A stretch of DNA of 64,000 nt, taken from Candidatus Scatovivens sp. (lineage in GTDB: Bacteria > Bacillota > Clostridia > TANB77 > CAG-508). The notes under the pieces were generated by a model. It was not told where the DNA came from. It searched no databases and saw only the letters and a list, made by a program, of their open reading frames with translations. Below are positions 28,601 to 38,368 of the stretch, in pieces. The DNA lies in NCBI GenBank assembly GCA_045646345.1, contig JAZRKN010000009.1, forward strand, positions 1 to 64,000. Reading direction: 5' to 3'. Each line of letters begins with the position of its first letter. Within the stretch, counting starts at the first letter, position 1. The position numbers were made by a program, and so were the translations under genes.

Positions 28601-30749
28601 TAAAAAAACAACAATTACAGATAATTTCTTAATTGAAAATAGTAAGAATGGTAAATTCGAACTTGAATTAACAGAAGAACCGATATATACAGGAACTAAC
28701 ATATTTGATTTAAGTTATGTTATGCAAGATGGAATTACATATGCTTCAGCTCCAAGTGTAACTAATTGGTACACAGCAGAACAAATAAATAATGATGATT
28801 CTTTAAATTTTGAAGATGTTACAATGATAAAATTAACAGTTAAAGATGCTGCTATAAAAAATGGTGATAAAGTAAGAATTACATTAAAATTGAAATATGT
28901 AGGTGAAAGTTTTAGAGAAGAAGCTGGTAAAGAAAATATCTGGCATAGTGGTGGATATTATAGATTTATAAACAGTGACAGAGAAAGTGCAGGAAATTTT
29001 GCAACAGAAGGTGTTTCTATAAAATTAAATTGTGAAGATATTGAACTTGATGAAATAACATTAACTGCAGCAAGAGGTATGGTTCCAACTGGTGTGGGAA
29101 ATGTTAATGTAGTAAATATATCAGAAACAGAATTCCCAATTTTTGAAAATGCTCACACATTTGAAATAACAGATGTAGAAACTTACAATGTAATTTTAAA
29201 ATCAAAAGATTATATGCTTGCTAATCCAGATATGCCGGGTATAGATGCAAATCAAAATTTTGCTATAACGGTAAATATGGGAACAAAAGAAGTAAATATA
29301 TTAGAAAGTGCAAAAGAAAATCCTATTGAAATAGGAACTATTTCAGCAAATTCGTCACCAAGCTTCACTTACCAAATATATAATGCAGATGCTTTAAATG
29401 ATAATTCGCAAATAAGATATATAATTGTAACGTTACAAAGTGAAAATGGAATAACATTAAAACAAAAAATTAATATAAATAGAGAGGTTGTTCAAGCTTC
29501 AGATCCACAAATTGCTATAGTAGCAGGAAAAAGATATGTGACATTTGATGATTTAACGACAGATACAGTAATAAGTCAAGATTCATCATTTACAGCACAA
29601 TTTATATTAGAATATATACCAAATACATATAAAGATGAGAGAATTACTTTTTCAAATGCTTTACCTGTCGGAACAAAAATAATATTAGAAAATTTTACTG
29701 ATGAGGCAAATCCAACATATTGGTATTATTCAGTGAATTCTGCTATTTCTACAATTAAATTAGAAGATTTTGTTGCAATGGGAAGAACTGGAAGTGATAA
29801 TTACAATATGCCAAACGATTTGGATATTATAAAAGAAAAACTTTTAGTATTAGTTGATTTCTCTCAATGTTCAAATTGTCTTTCATCAGAAACATATTCA
29901 ATAAAATTACAATTAACAGGAACAACTACAGATGTTGAAGATTTTGATTCAAATGAATTGAAATTTTCGCTAAGAAATAAAAATACTTTTGTGTTAAATG
30001 AAATTTCAAATGCAAAAATGGGAGAAAAATTTAATATAAATTATACAATGAACTTGACCCAAGGTGCAGACACTAAATATGGAGGAAGAAAAGCTTCTTT
30101 GGTAATAACTGCTCCGGATAATATTCCATCAGATACTATGCTAACAATTCAAAATAATGTGTATAATTTGAATGCTGAAAAGCAATTTATAGTATCGCTT
30201 GGAGATATAAAAACACAAACAAGTTCATTAGAAATGAATATCTTTTCTAATATGCAACCAGATGTGGAAACGATATATGAATTTGATATAGCATTATGGA
30301 TTTCAGCAACTGCTAATGCTGATGCTCCAAAATTAGGAGAATTAATTTCTGCTAAAAAAATAAATATAACAACTAATAATGAGTTGAATCCTGCTCTTAA
30401 AGTAACAAATATAAGTTCAAGAATTATTAAAAAAGATGAACTAAATCAATTATATACACTTGATTATAAGTACAAGCCGGATGCTAATTGCAAAGTAACT
30501 GTAGAATTACAACAAAAAATTGGTAGTGCTTATAAGAAAGTAACTGATAAATTAAATCAAGTAAATGGATCAACGGCTCATACAATGGGAACATTTGATA
30601 TAAATCCTGATTCAGGAAATAATATATTAGAATTTAGATTGTCATCAATAACAGAAAAAGCAACATATAGAATTGTGTTTAAAGTTTGTGACGATGCAGG
30701 AACAACAATATTAGAAGTTCCATATAATTTTATAGTGTTAGACAAATAA
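25644..30749 (+). CDS. Large secreted beta-rich protein (putative adhesin), 1701 aa
   Basis: N-terminal signal/anchor, E/N/T-rich linker, Ig-like beta-rich composition, no LPxTG seen. Confidence 0.75.
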   Translation: MRNNSKNNIKLLLILIIVLAFIPYKLIFSKAEETNNEVEKNTIIESNIETTNLNLGQEENIVSNEVQISNDRETENIVSEKSNTETNTTVENVVTEKNNENQVVENEVNENTINQNTINQNTVENIVSKDEYENKVATNEISNTVATSNENVAIGNFVVSQEMQELLGAMAEPVDEPEVQEISEIGLKATLWDSEQYSAGTGTELTEVGATVNNWQFETNKYLQIDPKVVADGNTYIITVELPQEFYIIGSELSVPTGYQNVNFTKNAEIVINDSQKYELKPYSGTAEYTLNNMVESGTIQIGIGYDVVLWDKQENSSLTPDGVNPITVKLSKKESDGTLTELNRVLISKAFSGSKNQDAVNVNGMLEGESSGLSTIVANKDDRIKFVKSINNNDGMVRYKYYKSAKITVKLPSYTDTNGKIHYLSFDESTLDLSKVAHTSKNVDLSQADAGIVTIDLVNPYWNSGTLVGFVVGPLPEELLEQNINSFIFKNGTITTVVNGKNGNNNITYRTCSIPSVEYQKESLENVVISSQNKGVTIVERPNDAVSILGGIYLENKGTGVSCPKNIDLKFDINNTNLIKVTTINIFADTIQEYIDVTYTLVDENGNRVFLDNNGNRVSEGSNEAIGEWVYSLKNTYKNSTKKENLKNTITRGKLPEAHRQYYFKSVNYNLESINEQTRLYAPSSVLTLTAAGNFLGYVDDSSGNNEKTAASKMVVTSLDAGITNLERTVTTTLQNTSTPTYIIDNATINKTKIQAGESFNISGKVVTPSYPYGNSTWLKRITLAVKLPKDITINEQAIVLKNAKGLLISGSTVTTQDIGNGNILWKIKLPEDICIGRASEDIGTLPSGDTISFDLQLDTSYTMNAVTIFVKDLVTVGAYKQLNNASGSYSWASKADIYDINENGSTTDNIGGIKSSNASACQIISQTATLEIQDSISVESNGIVSEESNVGKIFSVEDTINYNLDIGCFSGGRAEGFVYYIPIPKKTTITDNFLIENSKNGKFELELTEEPIYTGTNIFDLSYVMQDGITYASAPSVTNWYTAEQINNDDSLNFEDVTMIKLTVKDAAIKNGDKVRITLKLKYVGESFREEAGKENIWHSGGYYRFINSDRESAGNFATEGVSIKLNCEDIELDEITLTAARGMVPTGVGNVNVVNISETEFPIFENAHTFEITDVETYNVILKSKDYMLANPDMPGIDANQNFAITVNMGTKEVNILESAKENPIEIGTISANSSPSFTYQIYNADALNDNSQIRYIIVTLQSENGITLKQKININREVVQASDPQIAIVAGKRYVTFDDLTTDTVISQDSSFTAQFILEYIPNTYKDERITFSNALPVGTKIILENFTDEANPTYWYYSVNSAISTIKLEDFVAMGRTGSDNYNMPNDLDIIKEKLLVLVDFSQCSNCLSSETYSIKLQLTGTTTDVEDFDSNELKFSLRNKNTFVLNEISNAKMGEKFNINYTMNLTQGADTKYGGRKASLVITAPDNIPSDTMLTIQNNVYNLNAEKQFIVSLGDIKTQTSSLEMNIFSNMQPDVETIYEFDIALWISATANADAPKLGELISAKKINITTNNELNPALKVTNISSRIIKKDELNQLYTLDYKYKPDANCKVTVELQQKIGSAYKKVTDKLNQVNGSTAHTMGTFDINPDSGNNILEFRLSSITEKATYRIVFKVCDDAGTTILEVPYNFIVLDK

Positions 30750-30751
30750 AT

Positions 30752-30787
30752 AAAAAAGAAGAAGTTGTTTTAACTTCTTCTTTTTTT
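30752..30787. terminator. Bidirectional terminator
   Basis: aaaaaagaagaagtt-gtttt-aacttcttctttttt. Confidence 0.85.
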
Positions 30788-30789
30788 AT

Positions 30790-31719
30790 TTAAATTTTAT
30801 TATTTGTTCTTCTTTTTGGAAGTGGCTTTGAAGAGATTACTGTTGGCGAAACTTCAAAAACAATATTAAAACAATCAAATTTATACATTTCATTATTATC
30901 TAAATAATCTAAGTAAATATCAAGTTCATCAATATTTCTACAAGCCGCTATAATTGCTGGATGTAGGTTGTAATTGAAAAATAATTCAACTCCTAATTCT
31001 AGTCCGTCTTTTGTTGATAGATTTTCTTTGTTCTTTATCAATTTAAAGGCTTCTTTAAATCTAGATATTGAAGCATTTTTGAAGAACGATAATGGAATTG
31101 TATAATGTGTTTGAATAATTTCTTCATATGATGAAAATTTATTTTTATTAGCAGAAAAGATTTGCTCTAATTCATGATATGTATATGGTAAAAAAACAGT
31201 TTGTTTTGTTTCTGAAATTACTAGAGTGTTTTCTCTTTTTAAGTCTTCTGGTAAATTATTTTTTAATTCTTCGAAATTGACAATAGGATCAGCTTCAGTT
31301 AATTCTAATTTTATATTTATGTTTTGGTCTGAAAATTGATTTAATGCTTTTTCAATTTGTAGAGTATTTAATTGAACAGTACTATAAGCTTCCGAAAAAG
31401 TAGAATTAAAGTTGTTAATTTTTTCTTCAGTTAGTGAATTCATGTTATTCTCTTTTATTGCATTTGTTAGAATTGTAAGCAATAGGTTTAATTTATTTAA
31501 AATTGCAATATTAGAATTAGAAACTTCAAGAGTTTCTTTTAGAAAATTTACTATTTCTGGGGTTGAATTATTTTTTTGAAATTTATCAAGATATTTTGAA
31601 ATAGTTTCTTTTTTTATGTTTTGTACATCTAACATTGATGATAAAATCTTTTTTTCATAATCCAAAAGCATATTAAATTTTTCATGATTTTTAATTAATT
31701 CTTCTGTAAAAAATATCAT
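30790..31719 (-). CDS. Hypothetical protein, 309 aa
   Basis: GAGGTG RBS, long ORF. Confidence 0.75.
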   Translation of the reverse strand: MIFFTEELIKNHEKFNMLLDYEKKILSSMLDVQNIKKETISKYLDKFQKNNSTPEIVNFLKETLEVSNSNIAILNKLNLLLTILTNAIKENNMNSLTEEKINNFNSTFSEAYSTVQLNTLQIEKALNQFSDQNINIKLELTEADPIVNFEELKNNLPEDLKRENTLVISETKQTVFLPYTYHELEQIFSANKNKFSSYEEIIQTHYTIPLSFFKNASISRFKEAFKLIKNKENLSTKDGLELGVELFFNYNLHPAIIAACRNIDELDIYLDYLDNNEMYKFDCFNIVFEVSPTVISSKPLPKRRTNNKI

Positions 31720-31932
31720 ATATTTACACCTCGAATATATTATATATTAAAAAATTTTAAAAATCAGTATTTTAATATAAATTTAATATAAGAGATATTT
31801 TGATAAATAAAAGGAGTTTAACTTTCGTGAAAAAATAATTTAAAAAAGTATAAATGATACATAAAAGTTATTGTAAAAAAAATATATTATTTGTAAAATA
31901 TTGTTATAAACAAAAGATAATGGGAGGTTTCT

Positions 31933-34900
31933 ATGACTAGAAAAAAAGTAGGAAAATTTTTATTATATATAATAATTGCTATGCTTATTATTTCTTCATG
32001 TTACTGTTTTTGGTCTTATTTTTCCAAAGGTAAACAAAAAATAACAGTAAAAACAAGTAACAATTGTTATAGTGGTGAAAGTATTAATGCTACTATTGCT
32101 GTAATGAATGTTAAAACTAATAAAGCGATAGATGCAAAAATCACAGCAACATTATATGATAGTGATGACAAGAAAGTAAAAGATGTTGTTACTAAAATGG
32201 AAATTGAAAAAGGAGAAGCTGGAGAATTAGCTTTAAATGTACCGGAAGACTTAAAAAGTGGAAAGTATACTTTAAAGATAAAATCTAATTCGGGATTTTA
32301 TTCCGATACAGCAGAAATTCCAATTAATGTTAAAAATGATAAAAAGTCAAATGTGATAATTTCTTTTGATAAAGGGATTTATAAACCTGGAGATGAAATT
32401 AATTATAGAATTTTAATGCTTTCTAAAAGAGATGAAACTCCTTTGAGTCAGAATATTAAAGTTTCAATATATGATGGAAATGATAATAGAGTTTATATAG
32501 AAGAAGCTGTGACTTCTGAATATGGTATTATTTCAGGAAAGTTTAAATTAGCAGATGAGGTTAATAGTGGTACTTATAAATTAAAAGTTGAATCTGATAG
32601 ACAGGAAGTTACAAAAACTTTTAATGTAAATCCATATATAATTCCAACCTTTGAAGTTGAAGTTTCATCAGATAAAGATAATTATATTGTTGGAGATGTG
32701 GCTAAAATAAAGGTAGATGCTAAATACTTTTTTGGAGAGCCTGTAAAAAAAGCTGAAATAAAAGGAACTGTTGACGGAAAAGAAGTTGTTGGATTGACAG
32801 ATGAAAACGGAAGTTTTACATACGAATATAAATTTGGAAAAGCTTCTAAAATAGTTGCAGATTTTACTGTGGTAGATTCATCTAATTATTTGATAGAGGC
32901 GTCAAAAATATTATGTTGTGGAACAGCATTATATGAAGTTGAAGTTATTCCAGAATATTCAGATATAGCTTATGGATTTGATAATGATATATATGTAATT
33001 ACTAAAAAAATAGATGGAACTCCAGTTAAAACTTATTCAACATTAAAAATAGGAAAAATTTCAAAACAAGTAATTTCTGATGAAAATGGAATCGGAAAAG
33101 TTACAATAACATCTAGCGAAACAGAAGAATTACCAAAAAAAGAAATGCTATCTGTTAAAGTTGAATCTGAAGATATGGAGTCAAACAAAGTAACAAAAAC
33201 ACATCAATTATTAATTCATGATGCATTTCCTAATTTAATAAAAACGAACAAAACAAAATACAATGCTGGAGAAGATATTGAAATAAAATTAAATTCAAAA
33301 GTGAATACAAATACCAAAAATATATATGTCTTCAAAAGTAATGAACTTATTAAAACTATTGTTACAGATGATGATAATGTGAAAATTAATTTAGGCGATG
33401 TCTCAGGGTTAGTTGATTTATATATTCCAAATCAAAAAAATATGTCAACAATATATAATTATTATGATGATTTTTATGAAACTTATAAAGTTAATATAGA
33501 TTATTCTAAAAAGACAATTTTTATAAAACCAGAGAAAGAACTAAATATTTTAGTAGAACCGGTAAAAGATGAATATAAACCAGGAGATACTTTAGATGTT
33601 AAGTTCACTACAACTAATGAACAAAATGAGTTGGTAAATTCTGCTTTATTAGTGAGTATTTTAGATGAAGCGATACTTGCGTTAGCTGATAATGATTTGT
33701 CTATTGATAATATAAAATTAGCGTTAGAAGATATTGTTTTAGAACCAGGTATGACTGCTGCAGATTTATATGTAATGGCACTAGACGAATCTTCAGATCT
33801 TGCTTTTAATTCTGTATTATTAAAACAAAAAGTAACAAATCCAGATATTTATACTAAAAATTATAGAAATTACGAAACAGAAATATATTTGATGTTTGGA
33901 ATTATAGCTATTATAGTAGCTGCAATTTTAATAGCTTTAAGTTATATTGCTAAGAATAAAGAAAAAGTAGCTAAAGTGATAATTCCGGTAATAGATGTTT
34001 TGGCAATATTTATTTTAATGTATATATATGCTGAGGAAGTATTCGGTTTAATAGATAATTTATTTATGGTATTTGCAACATTTATTCTTTCAATAATTGC
34101 GTATTTGTTGTTCTTGTATAAAGAACGTGACTTTATATTTAAATTAGTATCAGAAATGATTGTAATTCCAATTGTCTCAATAATAGGAATATTCTTGATT
34201 TCTATATTAGTATCTTTGGTATTTGATATATATATACCAAAAATATTTGCTTTAGTTTTAGGTGTAGTCGTTTTATTAATATTATTAGAGTTTGCTATAT
34301 TAAAATCATTACAAAGAAAAAGAGGATTAAATAAAGTTTTAACAAAGATTTTTGAGTTTTCAAAACTAATTTCAAGAGCTGTTGTATTTTGGTTTTTAAC
34401 AATAGTATTAACAGAAATTACAGAATTTGGATTACTAATAGTTCTTGCTCTTTATTATTTATATAGAAAATTTATATTAAAAGAAGCAAAAACTAAAGTA
34501 GAAGATGGGAAAATAGTATTAAATTTAAATGTTTCTGAATTAGTGGGAATGCTAATAGGAATGTTATTAATTATAATTGTTATAGTAATAGTAATTTCTT
34601 CTAATTTAAATGATTATAGAGTAATGAATGATTCTGTAACTTCAGATGTTACGGCTCCTAGTTTACCTATGAAGGATTCGACAACAAATTCAAGTACTGT
34701 AACATTAGATTTTAGTCAAGTTACAGAGGATATGATAATCTCAGGAGCGTCTGATGCTACAGGAGCGGGAAGTAGCATAAATAATTCATTCGGTTCAATG
34801 TTTGATTTTGATTTGAATATTATGCAAGATTCAAAAGCCGAATCATCTGTTGAGATGTCTACAGAAGATTTTGTTTCAGAAGGTGATAATTCAAATGAAA

Positions 34901-36990
34901 TAGAAAATGAAATAGAAGAAAATGTTAGAAATGTATTTTTAGAAAGCTTAGCATTTATTCCAGAATTAGTTACAGAAAATGGTGTAGCAAATTTTAAAAC
35001 AGAGATTAGTGATAATATAACAACTTGGAATATTCAAACAATAGGAAATACAAAAGAAGGAAATGTAGGATTTGGTTCAGGAAGTTTTAAAGTATTTAAA
35101 GAATTTTTTGTAGAATATACTCTTCCGGCAAATTCGGTTGTTACAGATAAAGTAAGTATTCCAGTAACACTACATAATTATACAGAAAAAAATCTAATAA
35201 TTGATTTATTAGTAAAAGAAAATGATTGGGCGATTATTGGTGATTATGAAAAACAAAATGTAGTTGAAGCTAAATCAACAAAAATGATATATGTACCAAT
35301 TGAAATTTTAAAAGATGGAAACAATACATTAAGAATAGAAGCGAATTCAGGAAAAAAATCAGATATAGTTGAAAAAACGTTAGTTGTTAAACCTAATGGT
35401 TTAGAAAAAAATGTAGTAGTTTCAAGCGGAATGATTGAAAATAAATATTCTCAAGATATCATATTTAATGAAAAAGCGATTGAAAAAACTGAAAAAATAA
35501 AAGTAAAATTATATGCATCGCCAGTTGTTCAAGCGATAGAAAATATAGATGCTATGTTAAGAATGCCAACAGGATGTTTTGAACAAACTTCTTCTTCGTT
35601 ATATCCAGATATTTTAGTTTTGAAATATTTAAGAGAACATGATTTAAGTAATAAAGAATTAGAAGAAAAAGCGTTAAATTATATATCTAAGGGATATCAA
35701 AAGTTATTAACTTATGAAGTAAAAACTAAAAAAGGTGGATATTCATTGTATGGATATGCACCAGCAGAACCTGTAATAACAGCCTTTGGGTTAATGGAAT
35801 TTAATGAACTTTCAGAAGTTTATGAAGTTGAAGAAAAAGTTATTGATAATATGGTTGAGTATTTATTTGATGTTCAAAATGTAAATGGAAGTTTTGATTA
35901 TAATACTGTTTATATTGGTGGAACTGCTAGTAGAGATGATTTAGCAATGAATGCATATATTATTTGGGCTTTATCAGAGGTTGTTCCAAATGATAAGAGA
36001 TTAGAAAAATCAATAAGTTATTTAGAAAATAAATTAGATAAAATTAAAGATAACTATACATTAGCATTAATTGCAAATATTTTTGCTAATACTGATAATA
36101 AGAATTCAGCAAATGAAGTTTTAAAAATGATAAATCAAAATATTAAAGTAACAGAAAATGGTGCTTATATTGCTTCAAATATTTCGGATTATTATGGAAC
36201 AAGAGGTAATCATCAAAATAACCAAGCGACAGCACTAACATCAATGGCTTTGACTAAACTAAATTCAAATCAAAAAAATAATGAAGAATTTGTAAAATTC
36301 TTAGTAAGTCAAAAAGATAAATATGGAAGTTGGGGAACAACACAAGCAACAGTACTTGCATTAAAAGCAATTAATAGCTTTACTCAAAATTCTGATATTA
36401 AAGATCAAACAATAACTATAAAATTAAATGATAAAGAAGAAAAAATAGAAATAAAAGAAAATGCTTTAGATGTTTATGAAGTAGAGTTTGATAATGTATC
36501 AAAAGAAAATAGATTATTAATTGATATGAAAAAAGGTAAAATAACATATGAAGTAATTAAAAATTATTATCAAAGTTATGCAGAAATAGATGATGATTTA
36601 CAAAATGAGAATAAATTAAGTGTAGTACAGAACTTAAGTAGTGTAGCAAAAGTAAACGATATAATTACTCAAAACATATCAATAAAAAATAATAAAACAT
36701 ATATTGAAAATGGATTGATAGAAATTAATATACCACAAGGAACTACTCCGGTAGAAGCTTCATTAATGAATTTGAAATATAATGGAATAATTGAAAAATA
36801 TGAATATAATTATAATAAAATTAATCTTTATATAAGGGGATTTGAACCTGGAGAAGAAGTATTATTGGATATTCAATATAGAGCATTATATCCAGAAAAT
36901 ATTACTGGTGGAGCAATAAGATTTTTTGATTATTATAATCCAGAAATTGAAGAAATTTGTTACCCAAAAGTTCTTATAGTAGAAGAATAA
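31933..36990 (+). CDS. Alpha-2-macroglobulin family thioester protein with internal multi-TM block
   Basis: DKGIYKPGDEINYR (MG2), YKPGD, VRNVFLESLAF, DNITTW, PTGCFEQT thioester, WGTTQATVLALKA, FDYYNPE. Confidence 0.92.
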   Translation: MTRKKVGKFLLYIIIAMLIISSCYCFWSYFSKGKQKITVKTSNNCYSGESINATIAVMNVKTNKAIDAKITATLYDSDDKKVKDVVTKMEIEKGEAGELALNVPEDLKSGKYTLKIKSNSGFYSDTAEIPINVKNDKKSNVIISFDKGIYKPGDEINYRILMLSKRDETPLSQNIKVSIYDGNDNRVYIEEAVTSEYGIISGKFKLADEVNSGTYKLKVESDRQEVTKTFNVNPYIIPTFEVEVSSDKDNYIVGDVAKIKVDAKYFFGEPVKKAEIKGTVDGKEVVGLTDENGSFTYEYKFGKASKIVADFTVVDSSNYLIEASKILCCGTALYEVEVIPEYSDIAYGFDNDIYVITKKIDGTPVKTYSTLKIGKISKQVISDENGIGKVTITSSETEELPKKEMLSVKVESEDMESNKVTKTHQLLIHDAFPNLIKTNKTKYNAGEDIEIKLNSKVNTNTKNIYVFKSNELIKTIVTDDDNVKINLGDVSGLVDLYIPNQKNMSTIYNYYDDFYETYKVNIDYSKKTIFIKPEKELNILVEPVKDEYKPGDTLDVKFTTTNEQNELVNSALLVSILDEAILALADNDLSIDNIKLALEDIVLEPGMTAADLYVMALDESSDLAFNSVLLKQKVTNPDIYTKNYRNYETEIYLMFGIIAIIVAAILIALSYIAKNKEKVAKVIIPVIDVLAIFILMYIYAEEVFGLIDNLFMVFATFILSIIAYLLFLYKERDFIFKLVSEMIVIPIVSIIGIFLISILVSLVFDIYIPKIFALVLGVVVLLILLEFAILKSLQRKRGLNKVLTKIFEFSKLISRAVVFWFLTIVLTEITEFGLLIVLALYYLYRKFILKEAKTKVEDGKIVLNLNVSELVGMLIGMLLIIIVIVIVISSNLNDYRVMNDSVTSDVTAPSLPMKDSTTNSSTVTLDFSQVTEDMIISGASDATGAGSSINNSFGSMFDFDLNIMQDSKAESSVEMSTEDFVSEGDNSNEIENEIEENVRNVFLESLAFIPELVTENGVANFKTEISDNITTWNIQTIGNTKEGNVGFGSGSFKVFKEFFVEYTLPANSVVTDKVSIPVTLHNYTEKNLIIDLLVKENDWAIIGDYEKQNVVEAKSTKMIYVPIEILKDGNNTLRIEANSGKKSDIVEKTLVVKPNGLEKNVVVSSGMIENKYSQDIIFNEKAIEKTEKIKVKLYASPVVQAIENIDAMLRMPTGCFEQTSSSLYPDILVLKYLREHDLSNKELEEKALNYISKGYQKLLTYEVKTKKGGYSLYGYAPAEPVITAFGLMEFNELSEVYEVEEKVIDNMVEYLFDVQNVNGSFDYNTVYIGGTASRDDLAMNAYIIWALSEVVPNDKRLEKSISYLENKLDKIKDNYTLALIANIFANTDNKNSANEVLKMINQNIKVTENGAYIASNISDYYGTRGNHQNNQATALTSMALTKLNSNQKNNEEFVKFLVSQKDKYGSWGTTQATVLALKAINSFTQNSDIKDQTITIKLNDKEEKIEIKENALDVYEVEFDNVSKENRLLIDMKKGKITYEVIKNYYQSYAEIDDDLQNENKLSVVQNLSSVAKVNDIITQNISIKNNKTYIENGLIEINIPQGTTPVEASLMNLKYNGIIEKYEYNYNKINLYIRGFEPGEEVLLDIQYRALYPENITGGAIRFFDYYNPEIEEICYPKVLIVEE

Positions 36991-37002
36991 GTATGTAAAA
37001 CT

Positions 37003-37035
37003 GAAGGAGTCATAAATAAAAGACTCCTTCTTTTT
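37003..37035 (+). terminator. Intrinsic terminator
   Basis: gaaggagtc...gactccttc + T5. Confidence 0.8.
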
Positions 37036-37115
37036 ATGGTTATGATTTTTGGGAGAAAAAATTAAATCTAATTATGAAAAAAGATTTGATAATGTAACAA
37101 AATTGTAAAAAGTAC

Positions 37116-37144
37116 TTGAAAAGTTCGATAAAATATTATAGAAT
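37116..37144 (+). promoter_or_regulatory. Sigma-A-like promoter of gap operon
   Basis: TTGAAA-17 bp-TAGAAT. Confidence 0.65.
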
Positions 37145-37221
37145 GTCTTTGGTCAAAAGTAGGCCAAAATAAAAGAGATACTAAAAGACATTTAAGTATC
37201 AGAAGTGGAGGAATTTATATT

Positions 37222-38241
37222 ATGTCAGTAAAAGTAGCTATAAATGGTTTTGGACGTATTGGACGTCTAGCATTTAGACAAATGTTTGGAGCAGAAGGGT
37301 ATGAAATCGTTGCAATTAACGATTTAACAAGTCCTGTTATGTTAGCTCACCTTTTAAAATATGATTCTGCACAAAAAAGATATGATAAAGCAGATACAGT
37401 AGTAGCTGGAGAAGGATCTATTACAGTAGATGGAAAAACAATCAAAATTTATGCAGAAAAAGATGCGGCTAATTTACCTTGGGGAGAAATAGGAGTTGAT
37501 GTTGTTTTAGAATGTACAGGATTCTATACATCTAAAGAAAAAGCAGCAGCTCATATTACAGCAGGAGCTAAAAAAGTAGTTATTTCTGCACCAGCTGGAA
37601 AAGACTTACCAACAATCGTTTATGGAGTAAACGAAGGAACATTAACAGCAGAGGATAATATTATTTCTGCAGCATCTTGTACAACAAACTGTTTAGCACC
37701 TATGGCTAAAGCATTAAATGATTATGCACCAATCCAATCAGGAATTATGACAACAGTTCATGCTTATACAGGAGATCAAATGGTACTTGATGGACCACAT
37801 AGAAAAGAAGATTTAAGAAGAGCTAGAGCAGCAGCAGTAAATATCGTTCCTAACTCAACAGGAGCAGCAAAAGCTATCGGATTAGTTATTCCAGAATTAA
37901 ATGGAAAATTAATCGGATCTGCACAAAGAGTTCCAGTTCCAACAGGATCTTCAACAATATTAGTAGCAACAGTTAGATCAAATGAAGAAGTTACAGCTGA
38001 TTCTATCAATGCAGCTATGAAAGCAGCTTCAAATGCATCTTTCGGTTATACAGAAGAACCATTAGTTTCTTCAGATATTATCGGTATTACACACGGTTCT
38101 TTATTTGATGCAACACAAACAATGGTTGCTAAAGTAGAAGAAGGATTATACCAAGTACAAGTTGTATCATGGTATGATAACGAAAATTCTTACACAAGCC
38201 AAATGGTAAGAACAATAAAATATTTTGCTGAATTAGGATAA
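37222..38241 (+). CDS. gap: Glyceraldehyde-3-phosphate dehydrogenase
   Basis: [25 protein letters not shown]. Confidence 0.98.
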   Translation: MSVKVAINGFGRIGRLAFRQMFGAEGYEIVAINDLTSPVMLAHLLKYDSAQKRYDKADTVVAGEGSITVDGKTIKIYAEKDAANLPWGEIGVDVVLECTGFYTSKEKAAAHITAGAKKVVISAPAGKDLPTIVYGVNEGTLTAEDNIISAASCTTNCLAPMAKALNDYAPIQSGIMTTVHAYTGDQMVLDGPHRKEDLRRARAAAVNIVPNSTGAAKAIGLVIPELNGKLIGSAQRVPVPTGSSTILVATVRSNEEVTADSINAAMKAASNASFGYTEEPLVSSDIIGITHGSLFDATQTMVAKVEEGLYQVQVVSWYDNENSYTSQMVRTIKYFAELG

Positions 38242-38284
38242 TAATTGTATAAAAGATAGCAATTATGTTTAATATATGAGCAAT

Positions 38285-38328
38285 AAAGAGCTAGTGGTGG
38301 AGGTCGGACCTTTATTGCTAGCTCTTTT
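38285..38328 (+). terminator. Long G-U-rich stem-loop between gap and pgk
   Basis: aaagagctagtggtggaggtc/gacctttattgctagctcttt. Confidence 0.75.
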
Positions 38329-38368
38329 GTATTAAAATAAAACTTATTTTTAAGAAAGGAAAATAAAA

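Noticed and set aside
37142-37200. Riboswitch in the gap leader (aatgtcttt/aaagacatt, gatact/agtatc)
   Set aside because: One arm overlaps the -10 box, the stems are short and AT-rich, and no known family motif matches.
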